Shown: positions 11,091 through 25,804, counted from the first letter of the stretch. The stretch is DNA of 64,000 nt from Lama glama (GCA_028534125.1 CM052818.1:47928001-47992000); one strand, 5' to 3'. Numbers and translations: made by a program. Notes: generated from the letters alone by a model not told the origin.

Positions 11091-12547
11091 CCTGCCTACT
11101 AGTCCACTGGGGGCTTGGTGTGGGTGGGGAATAAATGTTTCTTGGGCTACACAACCCAACATTTGGGATTCCTTTAGTGACTTTTTAATAGGGACAGTGC
11201 TCCTTTTCTTTCTGTCATTTTCAACCAAAATTTAATGAACTGTTGGTTTTGTATCTTTCCCTCTGTTTTTAAATAGCAGCACCAAAGGGGGAAACAAACA
11301 TGAATGACCTGGTCCCCATTTGGCGACATGTGAAGTTTGCACACAGACTTTAATTTGACTTTTCAATGTGACCCACGGACTTCACACACCATATAAAGGA
11401 AGCAGGCAAAAGAATAAATGATGACATTATTTCCTGGCTTCAAAGAAAACATTCTGCATGCCAAGAAAATTTACTGGTTCATCTGTAATTTGAAGACTTA
11501 AAAAGTCAGCTCCTGCTTCCTTTGGTATATGCTGGAATCACTACTATTTTTTAAGTGGTAATAAAAATAAAACTCTTCTTGATTCAATTATGTATCGTAT
11601 TACTTTCTTCCATAACTTAAAAAATTTCAGCTTATTTTCATACTAACATCTCTGGGATGTAGGTAACAGAATGCTAGCCTCATTTTACAGATTGTGTAAA
11701 TTCAGTCCCCCAAGGCAAGACATTTATCCATGCTTATTCCACAATTCGGATCTGTTTCCTAATCTGTGGTCTTTCAATTTTGCTGCTTATTTCTTAATGG
11801 TTTCAAATGATGCAACAATGTTAGCCCTTATATTTCTGTGGGTGAGAGATTAGAGGGCTGTTTGGGAGAGCTCTTAATGAGTCCACAGGAGAAGTCTCCA
11901 GATAAACGTGTTAAGTAGCTAATATTTCATTCCACTGGTACAACTGCCGCATGTTAAACCTGGAGGAGGCTTTCTGGTGAAAAAACTGTTACTAAATTCT
12001 ACTCAATGGAACTTGTAAGTTCTTTCCACTCACCATACTAGAACTGTGAGAATTCAAAAACGCACCGCAAATTTTTAAGATGTTTTTATTGAAAGATTCC
12101 CATGGAGATTTCTGCTGTGGAGTACATGACACACTTAGATCACTAAGACGTTTTTACCACACACCCCACCCTGAGCTATTTCTGGATTTATAGCAGTCTA
12201 TTTCTTTGACTTACCACCTGGTTTTAAATGATTGAGTTTGTTCACACATGAGTGGACACAGTCTTATTAGAGTAAGTATTTGCTTCCTTTCTTCTGGACA
12301 AAACTATGTGCCTCTCCCTCCTAGGTCATCCCAAAAGGTTTTTCTCCCCAGGATTTTATCAAAATCATAATTGTTAAAATACATAATTTTTTCAATTAGA
12401 TTTTCTTTGTTCCATGTGTTCACACAAAATTTAATTCACTAATAACTTATTCCGTACCTACCTATGGCCAAGGAGTGAAGTGCCTGTGTAATTCGCTAAT
12501 CTGCGTGTCAACAGTCATATTTGATCTTTTAACAATTCTTGTTAAGC

Positions 12548-14160
12548 AGTTTTATTGAGATATAATTGGCATATCATACAATCACCCCATTTAAAATGTA
12601 ATAGTTCTTTTTTAGTATTTTCACAGTCAATTTCAGACTTTTTTTATTGATTTATAATCATTTTACAATGTTGTGTCAAATTCCAGCGTAGAGCACAATT
12701 TTTCAGTTCTACATGACCATACATATATTCATTGTCACATTTTTTTCTCTGTGAGCTACCATAAGATCTTGTGTATATTTCCCTGTGCTGTACAGTATAG
12801 TCTTGTTTATCTTTTCTACAATTTTGAAATCCCATCTATCCCTTCCCACCCTTCGGCCCCTTGGCAACCATGAGTTTGGACTATTTTTATCACCTCAATA
12901 AGGTATCCATAGATTTTTGCTCTAACCTCCCATTCCCTTACCCCAGTCACCCCAGCCCTGAGCAATCACTGACCTACTCTCAGTTTCTCCAGACATTTCA
13001 TACAAAGGGAATCGTGTAATAGGTGGTCTTTTATGACAGGCTCGTTTCACTTCATGTAGTGTTTTCCAAGTTCATCCGTGGTACGGCATCTGCCAGTGCT
13101 GTATGCGCCTGACCTTCCGGCAATTCTGAGTCCTGCTGCTGTAAGCAGGTGGGTGTGCATTCTGTGTAGACACGTTTTCATTTCTCTCGGGTACATGACT
13201 AGGTGTGAGATTTCTGAGTCATATGGTAACTGTATGTTTAACTATTTAGGGAAGGAGCTGCTGGACTGTTCTTCAGAGTGGTTGTCCCGCCTTGCGTTCC
13301 TGTCGGCAGTGTGTGTGGGTTCTGGTCTTTCCTCGTCCTCATCAACACTTGTTATTATGTTTTTTGTTTTTTGTTTTCAGTTGTTCAAGAGGATGTGAAG
13401 TGCTCTCTCATTCTGGATTTGATTTACATTTACCTGATGGCCAATGACCTTGAACATCTTTTCATCTGCTTACTGACCATTTGTATAACTTCCTGGGAGA
13501 ATTACTTACTGAGATCTTTGTACATTTTCAATTGTGTTTTTTTTTCTTACTGAGGTATAAATAGTTTTTTAAAAATCCATTCTAGATAAAAGGACATTCT
13601 CAGGTGTATAATTTGTGAATATTTTCTCCCATTCTGTGGAGTGTTTTTTTTTTTACTTTTTAGGTAGTGTCCTTTGAAGCACAAATGTTGACAAAGTCCA
13701 ATTTATCAACATTTTTCCTGTGTTACATAGGCTTTTGGTGTCATATCTAAAAACTCATGCCAAATCCAAGGTCATGAAGACTTACCCCAATTCTTTTTGT
13801 TCCCTGAGAGTTTAACTCTTACATTTAACTCTTTGATCTGTTTTGAGTTAGATTTCTATGTGGTACAGAGTAAGGGTCCAAGCTCATTCTTCTGTAGCTG
13901 GCTGTCCAGTTGTCCCAGTTACCACTTGGCATCCTTGTCAAAGGTCAACGGGCCATAGACGTGTCAGTTTATTTCTAGACTCTCAATTCTATTCGACTGC
14001 TGTATATGTCTGCCTCCGTGTAAGTATAGCGCTGTCTTGGTTACTGTAGTAAGTTTTGTCTGTCTTAATTACTGGAGTAAATCTAAGTAAGCTTTGAGAT
14101 CAGTAAGTGTGAATTATCCAACTTTCTTCTTCTTTTTCAAGAATTTTTTTTAAGAGGCAG
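12548..14160 (-). mobile_element. Old L1 (L1MB-like) 3' UTR and ORF2 end, interrupted by a younger L1
   Basis: Antisense L1 hallmarks: ttttattgagatataatt...catttaaaatgta; ctgagtcatatggtaactgtatgtttaac; ttgaacatcttttcatctgcttactgaccatttgtat; tttggtgtcatatctaa. Confidence 0.85.
12646..12878 (-). mobile_element. Younger camelid-type L1 3' end nested in the old L1
   Basis: Closely matches the reverse complement of 37130-37365. Candidate TSD GACT(T/A)TTTTT at 12636-12645 and 12879-12888. Confidence 0.9.
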
Positions 14161-14339
14161 CTATTCTGGCCCTTGGCGGGTCCCACCCTTTTTCTCTCAG
14201 CTTCTGTAAGAGACATTAAATTACACACAAGTGACTCTCCAAGCCACAGCCCTGCAGCTGTGGGCAGGGACAATGACAGGGTCCCACTGAGTGACCCGCT
14301 TGAAAAGCTGAGCACTTTTCAAAATTGATGTTTTGTTTC

Positions 14340-14480
14340 TTGTTTTTTGTGTGTGTGCCTTTTTGGATCTACACCCAGGAGTGGAGCTGCTGGGTCATAT
14401 GGTAGTTCTATTTTTACTTTTTTGAAAAGCTCGCATTTTGTTCCCCTTCGTGGCCGTGCCAGCTTGCGTCCTCACCAGTT
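14340..14480 (-). mobile_element. L1 ORF2 3' fragment
   Basis: ggatctacacccaggagtggagctgctgggtcatatggtagttctattttt is the antisense of the L1 'YDPAIPLLGIYP' region. Confidence 0.65.
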
Positions 14481-17400
14481 TTCACTGGCCTGGGCTTGAG
14501 GGCCCTGTCGCTCCATCGTGCTGGAACTGGGACTCCCTAGCAAGTTGTTGGATGGTCCTTCTTGCTGAAGAGATGGGGAGGTTTTGGAACATGTCAGCCT
14601 TGCTGCATCTCAATTGTCACATTTGTTGTAACGATTAGATAAGATAATGCTTGAAAAAAGAGGTAAATGCTAAAATATCAAGCACGCTCGTTCAGCGTAC
14701 CCCTCACCGGCTACAGCGCGCTGAGGATGGCCGAGTTTCCAGCGCGCCCCCGGGCCTCCCGCCTCTGCGACCAGCCTGGTGTCGGGCACCTCTCATCGGG
14801 GGCACGGGCTCAACCCTGGGACCTGGCTTCCCAGTCTGTGTGGTGACTCGCTCAGTTTGCAGGTCAGACTGTTCAGTTCTGCCCATCTTCCCTCTGGTTC
14901 AGTCACCACTGGAAAACAGGAAGCCATTGCCCTCCTACCTGGGACCTGCTCTGAATGCGGGGGGGGGGGGGGATGTGTGCGTTGCCCTCGCCGCTTCTGT
15001 CCCGGTTTCTCTCCTCAGGATGAAGACCCTTTGCCCTTCTGCTGTTTGAATGGCTGCTGTTTTCCAGGCGATTCTGCTAATTTGGGGAGGGACTGAAGAC
15101 GATGTCTTAAGATTTGACTCTTGCTTTCCAGCAATTAACCATCTAGATCGGAAGGCAGACTCGCACAAGGTAAATAGGGTTTTCAAGCTGAATGAAGTGG
15201 AAAGAAAAAGAGATGCAGTAAGAGACCCATCAGGCAGAGGAAAGGAGTTAGTATCAGCGCTCAGGGAACCCTAACTCAGCTGTGGCTCCCAAAACCTGTG
15301 CTGGAAAAGAGCAGCGGCGACAGCAGGTGGGTTGGGGGGCTGCGAAGGGCTCGGACGGCCTGCATACGCCCAGGGAAGAGAGGCGGCCTCAGGGGTTTTT
15401 GAGCAAGTGAGGGACATGAGGCCGTCCTTACCTCCCATGTGAACTGTGGAGCTGTGTGAGCGAGGGAGTGGTGGGCCACGAGGGGTTGGAGGGGGCACAA
15501 ATTAAAAACAATTCCTACTTTGTCCCCAACTGGTTGAGGGTTCCTTGCTTCCCTTTAGAGCATGACTTTGATAGGAAAGCACTGAAGTGGATGACAACCC
15601 AGGTCCTTTCCATCAGTTCTCCTGCTCTTTCTGGTCTCCCCGAGTCTCTCACCAATGTGACGTGGTCGTCCCCCTTCATTGTTTAACACTGATCTTAAAC
15701 ACATGCATCCTGGCTGTTAGATTTCTAAAATGCTGTGTCCAGGGCTACTGCCAAGCACATTTTCTTACGTCTAAGAGGTATTTGATATACTCAGGATGCT
15801 GGCGTTAAATGGTAACTATTTAAATGCAATCTTTTTTTAAGTTGCCCTGTTACATGTTAGCCGTTACCATAATTCATTAGCCCCACTGAGGGGCTCGATG
15901 GGTCAGTGGCAAGACGACAGTTGGGGTGCACCACCTTGTCGGCACTGCGGATTAGAGGCAGACCAGCCATGGAAGTGAGGATGTGGGTCACACAAACATG
16001 GCTTCAGGGGGGATGACTGAGGACGGAGCAGAGAGGCTTATCAGAGGCTGGCGGCAGCACCCCCGCCCGAGGAAGGCTGCAGAGACAATATCAAGATTTC
16101 TAAGGAAATGGTTCAGTAGTCATGGCAAAGCCAGAAATGGTGTTCTAAGCAAAGGCTTGATGTGAGATTGGCAGCTTGAAAAGAGCAAGGGATTTTTCCA
16201 ATGGACAAAATGAACAGCGACCTTAATCATGACAAGAGGCACAGCTTGGGGAGGTAACAGCACGCAGAGACTCGGCGCCCTCCAGTGCCAATGGGCGTGA
16301 TGTATCATCAAGTAATTGGGAAGGTGAAGGTGGTTCATAAAGAGTGCCTATCGAAGATAAATTTATTACTATCTTAATAACTGTGGTGAACCTCTGTTTC
16401 AGAGTTTATAGAACCATCTTCATCTCCAATACCCTGTAATCCTCCTACCCCAGTTCACACCTGTCAGACTATAAATCTCAGTTTTCTGTTGGAACAGTAC
16501 AGCATGCGTGAGAGGCTAGGGGAAGTTTTGGGCGTGGAGTGAACTCAATGGATGGAAACACAACTTCAGTATAAAGGCAATGAATAATGGCTTTTGAAAA
16601 TCAAATGATGTTAAAATCAGGAGGCAAAATTTGGGGTCCAAGTTTAAAAACACCCAATATGTGTATTATAAGGAAGAACGCACAAGGTAATGAACAGGTG
16701 TCTCTTAATGGTAAATTGTTTCGTACACACACATGCATGTATGTGCATACAGTCTGCATTCATTAAAAAGAGAGGAATTCGATTAAACCAGTAACCCGGA
16801 GTCACAGCATGTGGGTGGCCGTGTCTAGAACACTGCAAGGTCCCATGAACAGCTGAGGCCTCCAGGCCATCTTTCTGCTCCTAGCTCTTTTGTTGTTGAA
16901 GACAATTTCAGTGTCGGCTGAATAATCCAGCCAGCAGGTGGCTCCTAAGGGACAGCATGGATCACACGTCCCTGTTGTTTGCATGCCTCTTTTTTTTTTT
17001 TATTAAAAAGTGGGCATCTTAGATAATATATTTTAACAACAGGGACATTGATTCCCACCCCACACCCTTCTCAGGGCTCGTCCTTGTCACTTGCTCATGT
17101 CTATGTCTTGTGACCTGAATAGGCGATTTCAGGGGAGCCTCTTTCCTAAGCCCTGTGAGGTGTCTGAGGTCACTGCCCTGCAGGCCCTGCCCCGGGCGTG
17201 TGTTCAGGACCGTCTCCCGGAGGTGACGGTGGTTTCCGTGGACTCCTCGTGACTGTCCCTTTCCCTGGTCTTTTTGTTAAGTTCACTGTCACTTTTGGTA
17301 TCACACCCAGCTCTTGGGCTCCACCAATGCTGACTGCGTATTGTCTTCAACAATGTCCTGGGGCATGAATTACTCTGCCTTCTAATCTGACTAAGCCTGC

Positions 17401-18514
17401 GCCCTTTTTGCAGAGGTTTTTTTTGAGGGCAGTACTTGGGATTTGTTCTGAAACATCTTCCTGGCTTTCGTCTTTGGCTGGTTCTTTCTGGTAAGTTGGC
17501 TGGACTACCATTTAGCTCTTCGCTCTCTTGGGGTTGCTGGCTTCTTAATTACTTACCGCCAGAATCTCCATTGTTTTTGAGAAAGTCTCTGGGCTTGAAA
17601 CACACCATATTCTGTCCTGAATAAAGGCAATTTCTTTGGGGAGAACTGACCTCCATGTTATGTTGGCCTGTGTTTCTCTCTCCCCTTGAGCAAAGTCTCT
17701 GAGCCACTCCTCCAGAGCTGGGGACTGGAACAGTGGCCTGCTTCTCTTGGAATGCCATCCCAGCTCCATAAGGTGATCTCTGGGTGGAGGTGACAGTCTG
17801 CGGGCTTCTTGACCCTGGTATGGGACCTCTACCCTAAGGGGAACTGGAGCAATGGCTATTGGATTAACAGGTTTCTGCACCTGGGGTGGAGCCTCTGTCC
17901 CATGGGGCTAGGGTGAGGGAAAGAGTCCCCAGCCTCTTCCCAGCCTCTACAGGTTAGCAGGAATGGGGTGAGAAATGATGCTCATCTTGTCTTTCAGTAC
18001 TGTAAGCTGCTTCCCTTTGTCTCCTCCAAAAACTGAAACATTTTCTGCATGAGACAACGACTTGTTGCTAATGGTCTGTCAGGCAGGTGAACAAAAATGT
18101 CTAAGGCATAGTTATGTTCACGGCTTCAGCCTTGGCATTTAAGTTAATCTGGAAAACACTCGCTTTCCCAAGAGCTCTTACCTAACCGGGACCATGGCTC
18201 AGCCACGGCTCACTGGCAGGCTTTGTGGTACTCATATTTCAGCCGGGAGTGTCACCTGACAACCGTGAACACGTTGCTTTGCCTTGTGTCTGCGGGAGGG
18301 GGAAGCTTCACAGAGCCTGGCGTTTGTCAGGTGAATCTGCTAGCAGAGGAATCTCATTTCAGGTCGTGTTCACAGCTCCGTAGTTCCGTTTTCACGGCTT
18401 TTCATTACTATTCTACCTTCTGTTTCCATAGAGGCGAGCTTAAGGATTGTTTCTTCAAACTGAGAAAATCGATGTGCTCCCTCAATATCAGCAGTATCGG
18501 GAAAGTCGACAATT

Positions 18515-18680
18515 CTTTCATTCACTTATTTACAAATGGTTTATTGAGTCTTTACTACATGAAAGTCATGTGCTGGGAGCTGGGGATCCAGTGGTGACCC
18601 AGTCCAGATCTGACCAGCACTCCAATGGAGCTTACAGTCTGGAGAGCAAAGTGGACATCAGTGAAAAATATCACACAGAA
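18515..18680 (-). mobile_element. L2 LINE 3' end
   Basis: ttcattcacttatttacaaatggtttattgag...tgtgctgggagctggggatccagtggtga...atggagcttacagtctgg is a typical antisense L2 terminus. Confidence 0.7.
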
Positions 18681-19580
18681 AACAGATCTTTCTGGAAATG
18701 CAGAGACTATGAGCGTTTACTGGTTTGCCATCTTCACACAAGACTTTTAGTTCCAACCACATCTTCTGTAATAGTGTAGGGGGATTTCAGATGACCACTC
18801 TTGGTTGCTGTTGCTAAGCCTCGGATGCTGCATTAAATTGCATATGGTAATATATGTAAGGTGCACACAGAATGCCTGGCGTTTAGTAGGTGAGCCACAG
18901 GCGTCAGTTTCCTTCCAAGTCCTGTTTTCTTTGCCAAAAGGGAAAGAAAAAAAATGATGTTCTAGCCGAGATATTGCTTATCTCTGGCTATTAAAATGCT
19001 GCATTGTGTCCAGCCTTTCAACTTAGACTCTTTCAGCTTTGCCAAGAAGAGGCCAATGTGCAGTTTACATTTCTCACCATCTTGGAAATGCTGGATTGCT
19101 TCACTTCAATGGAATTAAGGCAGAAATCTTCTTGAGTCATGCTGTAAAAGATCCCCCAAACTGGAGTCTACACCTGAGGTTCAGTAGACGTATTTTATGG
19201 GGAGTCAGGAAGTCTTTACAAGAATTTCAAATTCTACACTGATATTATATCTGCCTGTGTCTCTGTCTATCTGTCCACCACCATCATCATCCTCGTCTGT
19301 CTATCATCTGTCTATCACTATGTACGTGCGTATATCTACACCCATCTCTCTGTATGTCCTCATATCCTAATCGTTCAGGTAACCTGCATTTGTGTTCATG
19401 ATTACACTGATGTCAAAGGATCACAGAAACTGCTCACCTTTAACTTCTAATGCATTTTTTTCACCCAGAATCTATGGCTCTGTGAGCTTTTTCCACTTCT
19501 CTCTCCTTGCAACAATCTCCCTTTTATCCTGTTTTGTTAACTTCTTCTGTGTGATAATATTACTACTTTTTAGGAAAGAG

Positions 19581-19600
19581 TGTGTGTGTGTGTGTGTGTG
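19581..19600. repeat. (TG)10 microsatellite
   Basis: Read directly from the sequence. Confidence 0.95.
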
Positions 19601-20084
19601 CTCGCGCACACTCTTGCCCGCATGCTTCCTGTGTGGATGTTAGTGAACACATGTTTGTTTGCTGGGGGGCTGTGAATGTCTTTGTTTTTTCTATGCTGGA
19701 GAAACACAACTTGGCAGGCCAAAGACTGGACAATCTGGACTTTGGGACATAAACTCTTAAGATTGTCTGACTTGGTTGGTAGAGCAAACATCACACTGGC
19801 TCATTTTCTCCTAAATACCATGGGCGATCTTTCTGAGCCTGCTTTATCAAGGGCGGATGTTAATCCTGAAGCTTCTCTTGCGCAGAGGAGAGGATGAGGG
19901 TAGGAGAGGGGATGTGGGATGAGGGGAGAAATTTCCTTTTTTGGGGGGGCTGGTGGATCGTTAGGCAAGGCTCTAAGCCACAGAGATACACGAGGGCATT
20001 TCTAAGAGCAGGGGGACACTTTTGTCCAGCTGTTTGGACAGAACCAAGAAGCCAATGCAAAAGGGACCTCCAGGGCTCTAGAGG

Positions 20085-20745
20085 AGGGCATAGTGACCAT
20101 CACAACTGGCACATTCCATCAACCCAAAAGTTATGCGTTCCCTTTGCAGTCAGTCCCCCTACCTTGACTCTGACCATCACTGATCTTCTTTTTATCTCTA
20201 CATATTAGTTTTTTTCCTTAGAATTTCACAGAAGTGCGTTCATACAGAATGAACTACTGCATATCTTTTTTCTCTTGTTCAGTATAATGGTTTTGATACT
20301 TGTTCACGTTGCTGTGGACATTAGTAATTCAATTCTTTTTATTGCTGAATAATGTTCTATTGTATGATTGCAATTTAGCTGCTCGACTGCTGATGAACGC
20401 TTGGGTTGTTTCCCCATGTTTGTGATTATGCGAGAAGCTGGTACGATTTTTCTCATACGAATCCCGTGTGAACATGTTTTTATTTCGGGGGGATTGTTAG
20501 GTCATATGCTAGCTGTATATGAAATGTATATGAAATACGACACTGTCAAACTCTTTTCCAAAGTTGACCTACCATTTTGGAACCCCCCCAGCACTGGAGG
20601 AGAATTCAAGTCGTTTTCTATCTTTGCCAATACTTGACATTGTTGTCATTTTCAGTTCCTTTTTTTCTTTTTAAATTTATTGATTATTAATTTAATGGAG
20701 TCATTCTTGTGGACGTCCAGGGGTATTTTGCATTTCCCTGCAAAT
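20085..20745 (-). mobile_element. Old L1 (L1MC/L1ME-like) 3' region
   Basis: cattccatcaacccaaaag...ccctttgcagtca...cactgatct...ttctttttattgctgaataatgttctattgtatg...ttgggttgtttcc...ttttccaaagttg. Confidence 0.75.
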
Positions 20746-23700
20746 TTCTACCAGTTGAGCAGGCCAGTGGGGACTCCAAGTCATAATAATTTCAGGATGA
20801 AGAAAGGGCTGTTATCACTTTTTGTAATCAGAGGATGATGAAATGTGTGACATATGGAATACATAAAACAATGATGTTTCTCTTAAAAATCAAGACCAGG
20901 AACAATATGACGTGGAAAAGAGACTTCACAACCTCCTTTCCTTACTGCCAAGCACATGACTGAGGAGGAGCTGGAGCATTTTTGCCAAGAGAGAGTAACC
21001 GTGCATACTGTAAGGCTAACTCCGCTCCTCCTGGTCTTGGGATTCTGACACCAAAACTGGGGAAACTGCTATTCCTCTTGGTTGTCGCTGTCACTCTGGA
21101 CTTAAACTGTGAGATCTTCCTGGACAGCGGTCCCCAGGGTGCTGGAATTACACACGTGCAGGCTCTGTAATTGCTGCACTTCTCATTAAGCAAGAATTTA
21201 TTAGCAGAGAGAGTTGAAGGGATTTTTGGCTCCCTCAAAAGTGTATGTTTCTTGCCAGTATTTTGAGGGAAGACTCTTAGAGAATTATTAAACATTAATT
21301 GTTTGGATGTATTATTATTACTATTATGTAGGATTTTAGTTTAAATGAAAACCAGATTCTGTCACCTGTGTTTTTAGTTAGAGTAAATATGCATCCACTC
21401 TGCTCATCAATTCTTCTTTTTTTTTTTTCATCCAACACTGGTGGGAACTAAAATCTTAGAAAACAATGTTTGGTATAGCATTGCAAGTCTGACTTGGTTT
21501 AACGCACTGTAAGAAACCATTGTTCAAAATGAGAATCCTCAGTGACGCTTGCGCTGTGAGGTTTCCCACGCCAGGTTAGATAGAACTCAGATTTTGCTGC
21601 GCCTTGCTCTTCTGATCTATATTCATGTGACTGGAAGCTTACCCCTCAATAGGTTTATATAATCAGCAACTGTGGGGTCTTGAGAGACAGTTCCATGCGA
21701 GCGGCATCACTTGCAGTCAGCCTCGTCCTTATCCTAATGAAATCTCACCGTGGAGAAATGAGCTGGCTCTCTCTGAAACAGGACCCCCACTCTCCAGCAG
21801 CAAGCTCACTTTCCAGAGCCCGGCTCGGTCAAGGCTGGAGACCTAGGGTAACAATAGGCAGAGGTTAGAGTGAGGAGGCGGGAGTGAGAACACTGAGTGA
21901 GCAGAACGGAAGCATGAGAAAGCATCTGAGTTTTCCACTATATTTTGAATAATCCTTTTGGCCTAAAGACAATTGGGTTAACAGGCAGGATGGTCCAGAC
22001 CAGAACGGCAACAGGAATCAGGAAACCTGAGGGATTTACAGGGAAGAGTCAAAAGATCTGGGGATCTGTTTCTCTCTCTACTCCCCCTCTTCCCACTCCA
22101 CCAGGCTCAGCTCCTAGCAAGCCTCGGACCCCTGAGCCCTGCTCTTTAGGAAACGGGGTGGGAGGGGGTGGGGTTCATTTTCCTTGAGATATCAAGATAC
22201 AGCATCAGTCCCTCCCTTATTAGTTCTATGATTTAATTTCTCTGGGCCTTGCTTTCTTCACCAATAAAACAGATTATAATCACCAGTTGCTCTGAGGATC
22301 AAATAGGAATGAATGCAAAAGTGCTTTTTAAACCATGGAAGAAAGAACAAATATTAGTTACTACAGAGAGACACCAGTCAAATGAATCTTCGTAGGTACT
22401 CTGCTCACCAGCTTATCTCACAGATAAAGAGATCAAACACCTAGAAATGAAACGCTTTGTCCAACCTCCTTCCTCATGAAGATTGTCTTCCCTCCTGTAT
22501 TTTGGCCTGTCCCTTGTTACTCTGGATCCTCTTTGCAACCCAATTTCTGTAATTAATTTATCTCCTCCCATGACTTTTAAGTATCACCGAGTTACTGGTA
22601 ATGCCAAACTCTACCAGCACCACCAGCATCCTTCCTCTCGCCTCCTAGTTTCAGCAAATATCTTGGCAGGAGAGGGTGATGAGGCGGGACTAGGAAGTGG
22701 GCAGTCACGCTTACCGAAGAGGTCAGCTGCCCAAGCCGGAATGTTTCTGCAGCTCCTCCTGATGCCCACGCAGGGCCGTCAATCTCACTCCAGGGGCACT
22801 ACCTCCAGACATCTCTTCCTGTGTAGTCAGTGACTGCCTACACTTGAGACAGGGTATCTAATGAAGGAGCTTAGACCCCCCGCCCCCACCCACCTGAATC
22901 TGCAGAGTCAAACTCAAGAAATAGAACCTTTTACGAGAGTTAAAATATAATTATTTTCATATTAATGACAACCCTAACAAAAGTTTTGCCAGTTGTAAAG
23001 GTAAAAGTTCCATCCTGAGCAGTCATTTTTAACTGAAAACTATTTTCCCGTAACACGGCTGCTTTCATATGAGCATGTTTTTTAAAACAGGCCCATGGAA
23101 TCCTGAGGTCCATGAATATATTTCTAAGGGGTCTGAGAGAACTTCTTCTCTTTAAAATGATTATTTCCATTATTCAGATTTTAGAGACACTGTTAACACA
23201 TCTGGGACTGTTTACTTCAGAATTTAGAAATAACAAAAATATCTTGCCTTACTATTATTATTATTTTAATTTTTACAGTGTGGTCCAAGTCTCTCTTCCC
23301 CAGAGCACCAATCATAGATTATAACTCTCCCCTGTGAAAACTCAGAACCCCTCTTTGATGAGTGGCAATTCCTTTGTAAACTGTAAAGGGCCCCATAAAC
23401 ATTTGGCGCAGGCAGAGCAAACCAGTTATTGAAGTTATGAGCCCCCAACACAAGTCTAAAATCTGGCTTAATTGCAGCGAGAATGTTCTGATTCATTTAA
23501 TAGTTTGTGTAAGAAGTGCCCTGTGATGTTATTTCCTTTAAATCTAGTTCGATCAGACGCCAGGCCTCCACCGTGCTGAGATGAAGGGAACATAAAATGG
23601 AGCCGTCATTGGGCTCCCATCATATAGCTGGGCTTCCAGTACTGCACAGGTCTTGGGTCTACACAAGGCAGATCATTCCGGAAGGCCCTTCTGGGACCGC

Positions 23701-24829
23701 TCCACCTCCAGGTGTCACTGAGATGCTCTTGGTCCAAGAGGCCCGGACCCTTAAGCCTGGAAGCTCTGGCAGTTCTGTGTGGCTTACAGCACTGGAATAT
23801 TCACGGTGACCTACAGCGCGTGGCCTGGCCTGGCCTGACAGTCACGAGCGCCACTTTCCTTGGCATCTTCTCAGCAAGGGGTGAGGGAGCCGACCGAGAA
23901 GCCTTCCTACCATGGCAAAGCTCACCGAGGGGCAGTCCTTCTGCGGCGAGACTGCAGCTCCTGCCAATCTCCCGTGCTTTTAGCCCGCAAAGCCCTTCTT
24001 CTTTCCCCTCCCTTTCTGAGATATGATGTGTATTCTCTTTAATCAGCTTCAAATCTTTGAAATTTAGAGGACTCAATTTAACATGTTTAATTTGATTAAA
24101 TTCATTCAAACTCTGAGCATGAAGCCTGCTAGGGTGAATTTTGGGGATGATTGGGGTTCTTCCACTTTATTTGCATTGCAAAAGAACATGGCAGCCACCA
24201 AATTTTGGAAGAGTCTCTGATCTGTGGTCCATGGTGGTCACCATGGACATCTTGACCCAGGCCCCCTAGTTTCTTCCAATGAGGCAGCTCAGCTCTGTGG
24301 CTCTGTGGCTCTTGTACTGGGTTTGGGGCCGGGAACCCAGACCCAGCTACCTTCAGAGCACCATTGTCCATGCCATCACGCCATCACTTTTTTGGGTTCT
24401 GAGGGCAGAGCCAGCTACAGGGCCGTGTGACTCACAGGATCCCACGTCTATCCTCCTTCTGCGATCTGGAGATCCTTCCTCTTTCTCTCATTCCCTTCAG
24501 CAGATTTCATCTCTTTTCCTTTCCCCCGGTATAATTTGAGGCAATCTGCTTGGGATGGAGCGGAAAAAAAAGAAAGTAAAAATAAACAGTAATTAATATT
24601 TAGGGCAATTCTCCTGCTAGGAAATTCTATAGAGTGCTAGAGAGCTCAGAGGTTTGTTTTCATGCTGGAAATGTCAGGGTCAAGGTTGAAAATGGATCCC
24701 AGCAAATGCACATGAGGTGGTCTATTCATTTCATCACTTAACAAACAGGTATTGGGCAAAGACGGGAAGGAGCACAATGCCATGGGAGGCAGGTAAGGGA
24801 ACATCAGGTTGTCATGTGAGCCGTGGTCT

Positions 24830-24990
24830 GCACAGTGGTAAAACCTGGACTCTGAAGCGGTTGTCCTGGGTTAGAACCCTGGCTCAGCTGCCTTCCAGGT
24901 GTGCGTCGCAGTACTTCCGGGTCAGGGTCACAGAGCCCACCGGTGTCGATGCCCGGCTCGTCGGAGTTCTCACGTACGTGAGTGCTCGTC
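24830..24990 (+). mobile_element. MIR SINE (GC-shifted)
   Basis: cacagtggtaaaacctggactctgaagc...cctgggttagaaccctggctc resembles the MIR 5' tRNA-derived part. Confidence 0.5.
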
Positions 24991-25530
24991 TGCTACTGAG
25001 GGATCGAGACTTTAATTTTGTGACATATTTTCTCCCTCCTAGAAATGTATGAACAGACACTCTTTATATTCATGGTTTTATTATCATTATCTCATTAAAC
25101 TTCTAAAACTTGTTTACTTTATGTTTCTAAATGCTCTTTCTCTAAAGCTGTTTGCAGGGGCCATCGAAGCTCATGGGTTTCTTCTTAGAGAAGAGAAGGA
25201 AGATCCAGGTGCTGAGTAACACAACTCTCCCCAGTTGTCGTTTCAGAAGTGACTTATGAGCAGGCCAAGCATGAGACGTGAAGCCCCCTCCTTTTCAGAC
25301 ATCACTATCTGATGAGGGAGTAGGGCGCACAGACACAGTGCAGCCCCCTCAGGTCAGCACCCAGCGGCCAGATCCGACGTAGGACCCGGGAGCTTCCTTG
25401 AACATACGCTGTTCCCTGTCCGCACAGCATCCCCAGCTGCCCCAGCCCCAGCCCGGCTCCAGTCTGTACCATCCAGGCTAGAGTCCAGGTCGGGAAGACC
25501 CGGATTCTTGACAATGGCTGCTTCTCCCCG

Positions 25531-25629
25531 TGTGTGTGTGTGTGTGTGTGTCTTTGTGTCTGTGTGTGTGTGTCCATGTGTGTGTCTGTGTGTATGTGTG
25601 TGTGTCTGTGTGTGTGTGTGTGTGTGTGT
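25531..25629. repeat. Interrupted (TG)n microsatellite, about 100 bp
   Basis: Read directly. It is the source of the spurious HTHT/CVCV ORFs. Confidence 0.95.
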
Positions 25630-25804
25630 TTGGATCTTGCTCTTCTTGGCACCAAGTGCTATGTGAACTATTTGTTTTACTGTAAAATACATAAGTCAGT
25701 TCTTCCTTGGCAATTCCATAACATGTTTGGAGGCAACTGGAGATGCCCTAAGACATCATTCATTTGGGTGGAAAATAATCATCATTACATGACGATAGTA
25801 GCAA

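Noticed and set aside
17000..17990. Possible old L1 5' region on the minus strand
   Set aside because: The resemblance is too weak to assign by eye and needs RepeatMasker.
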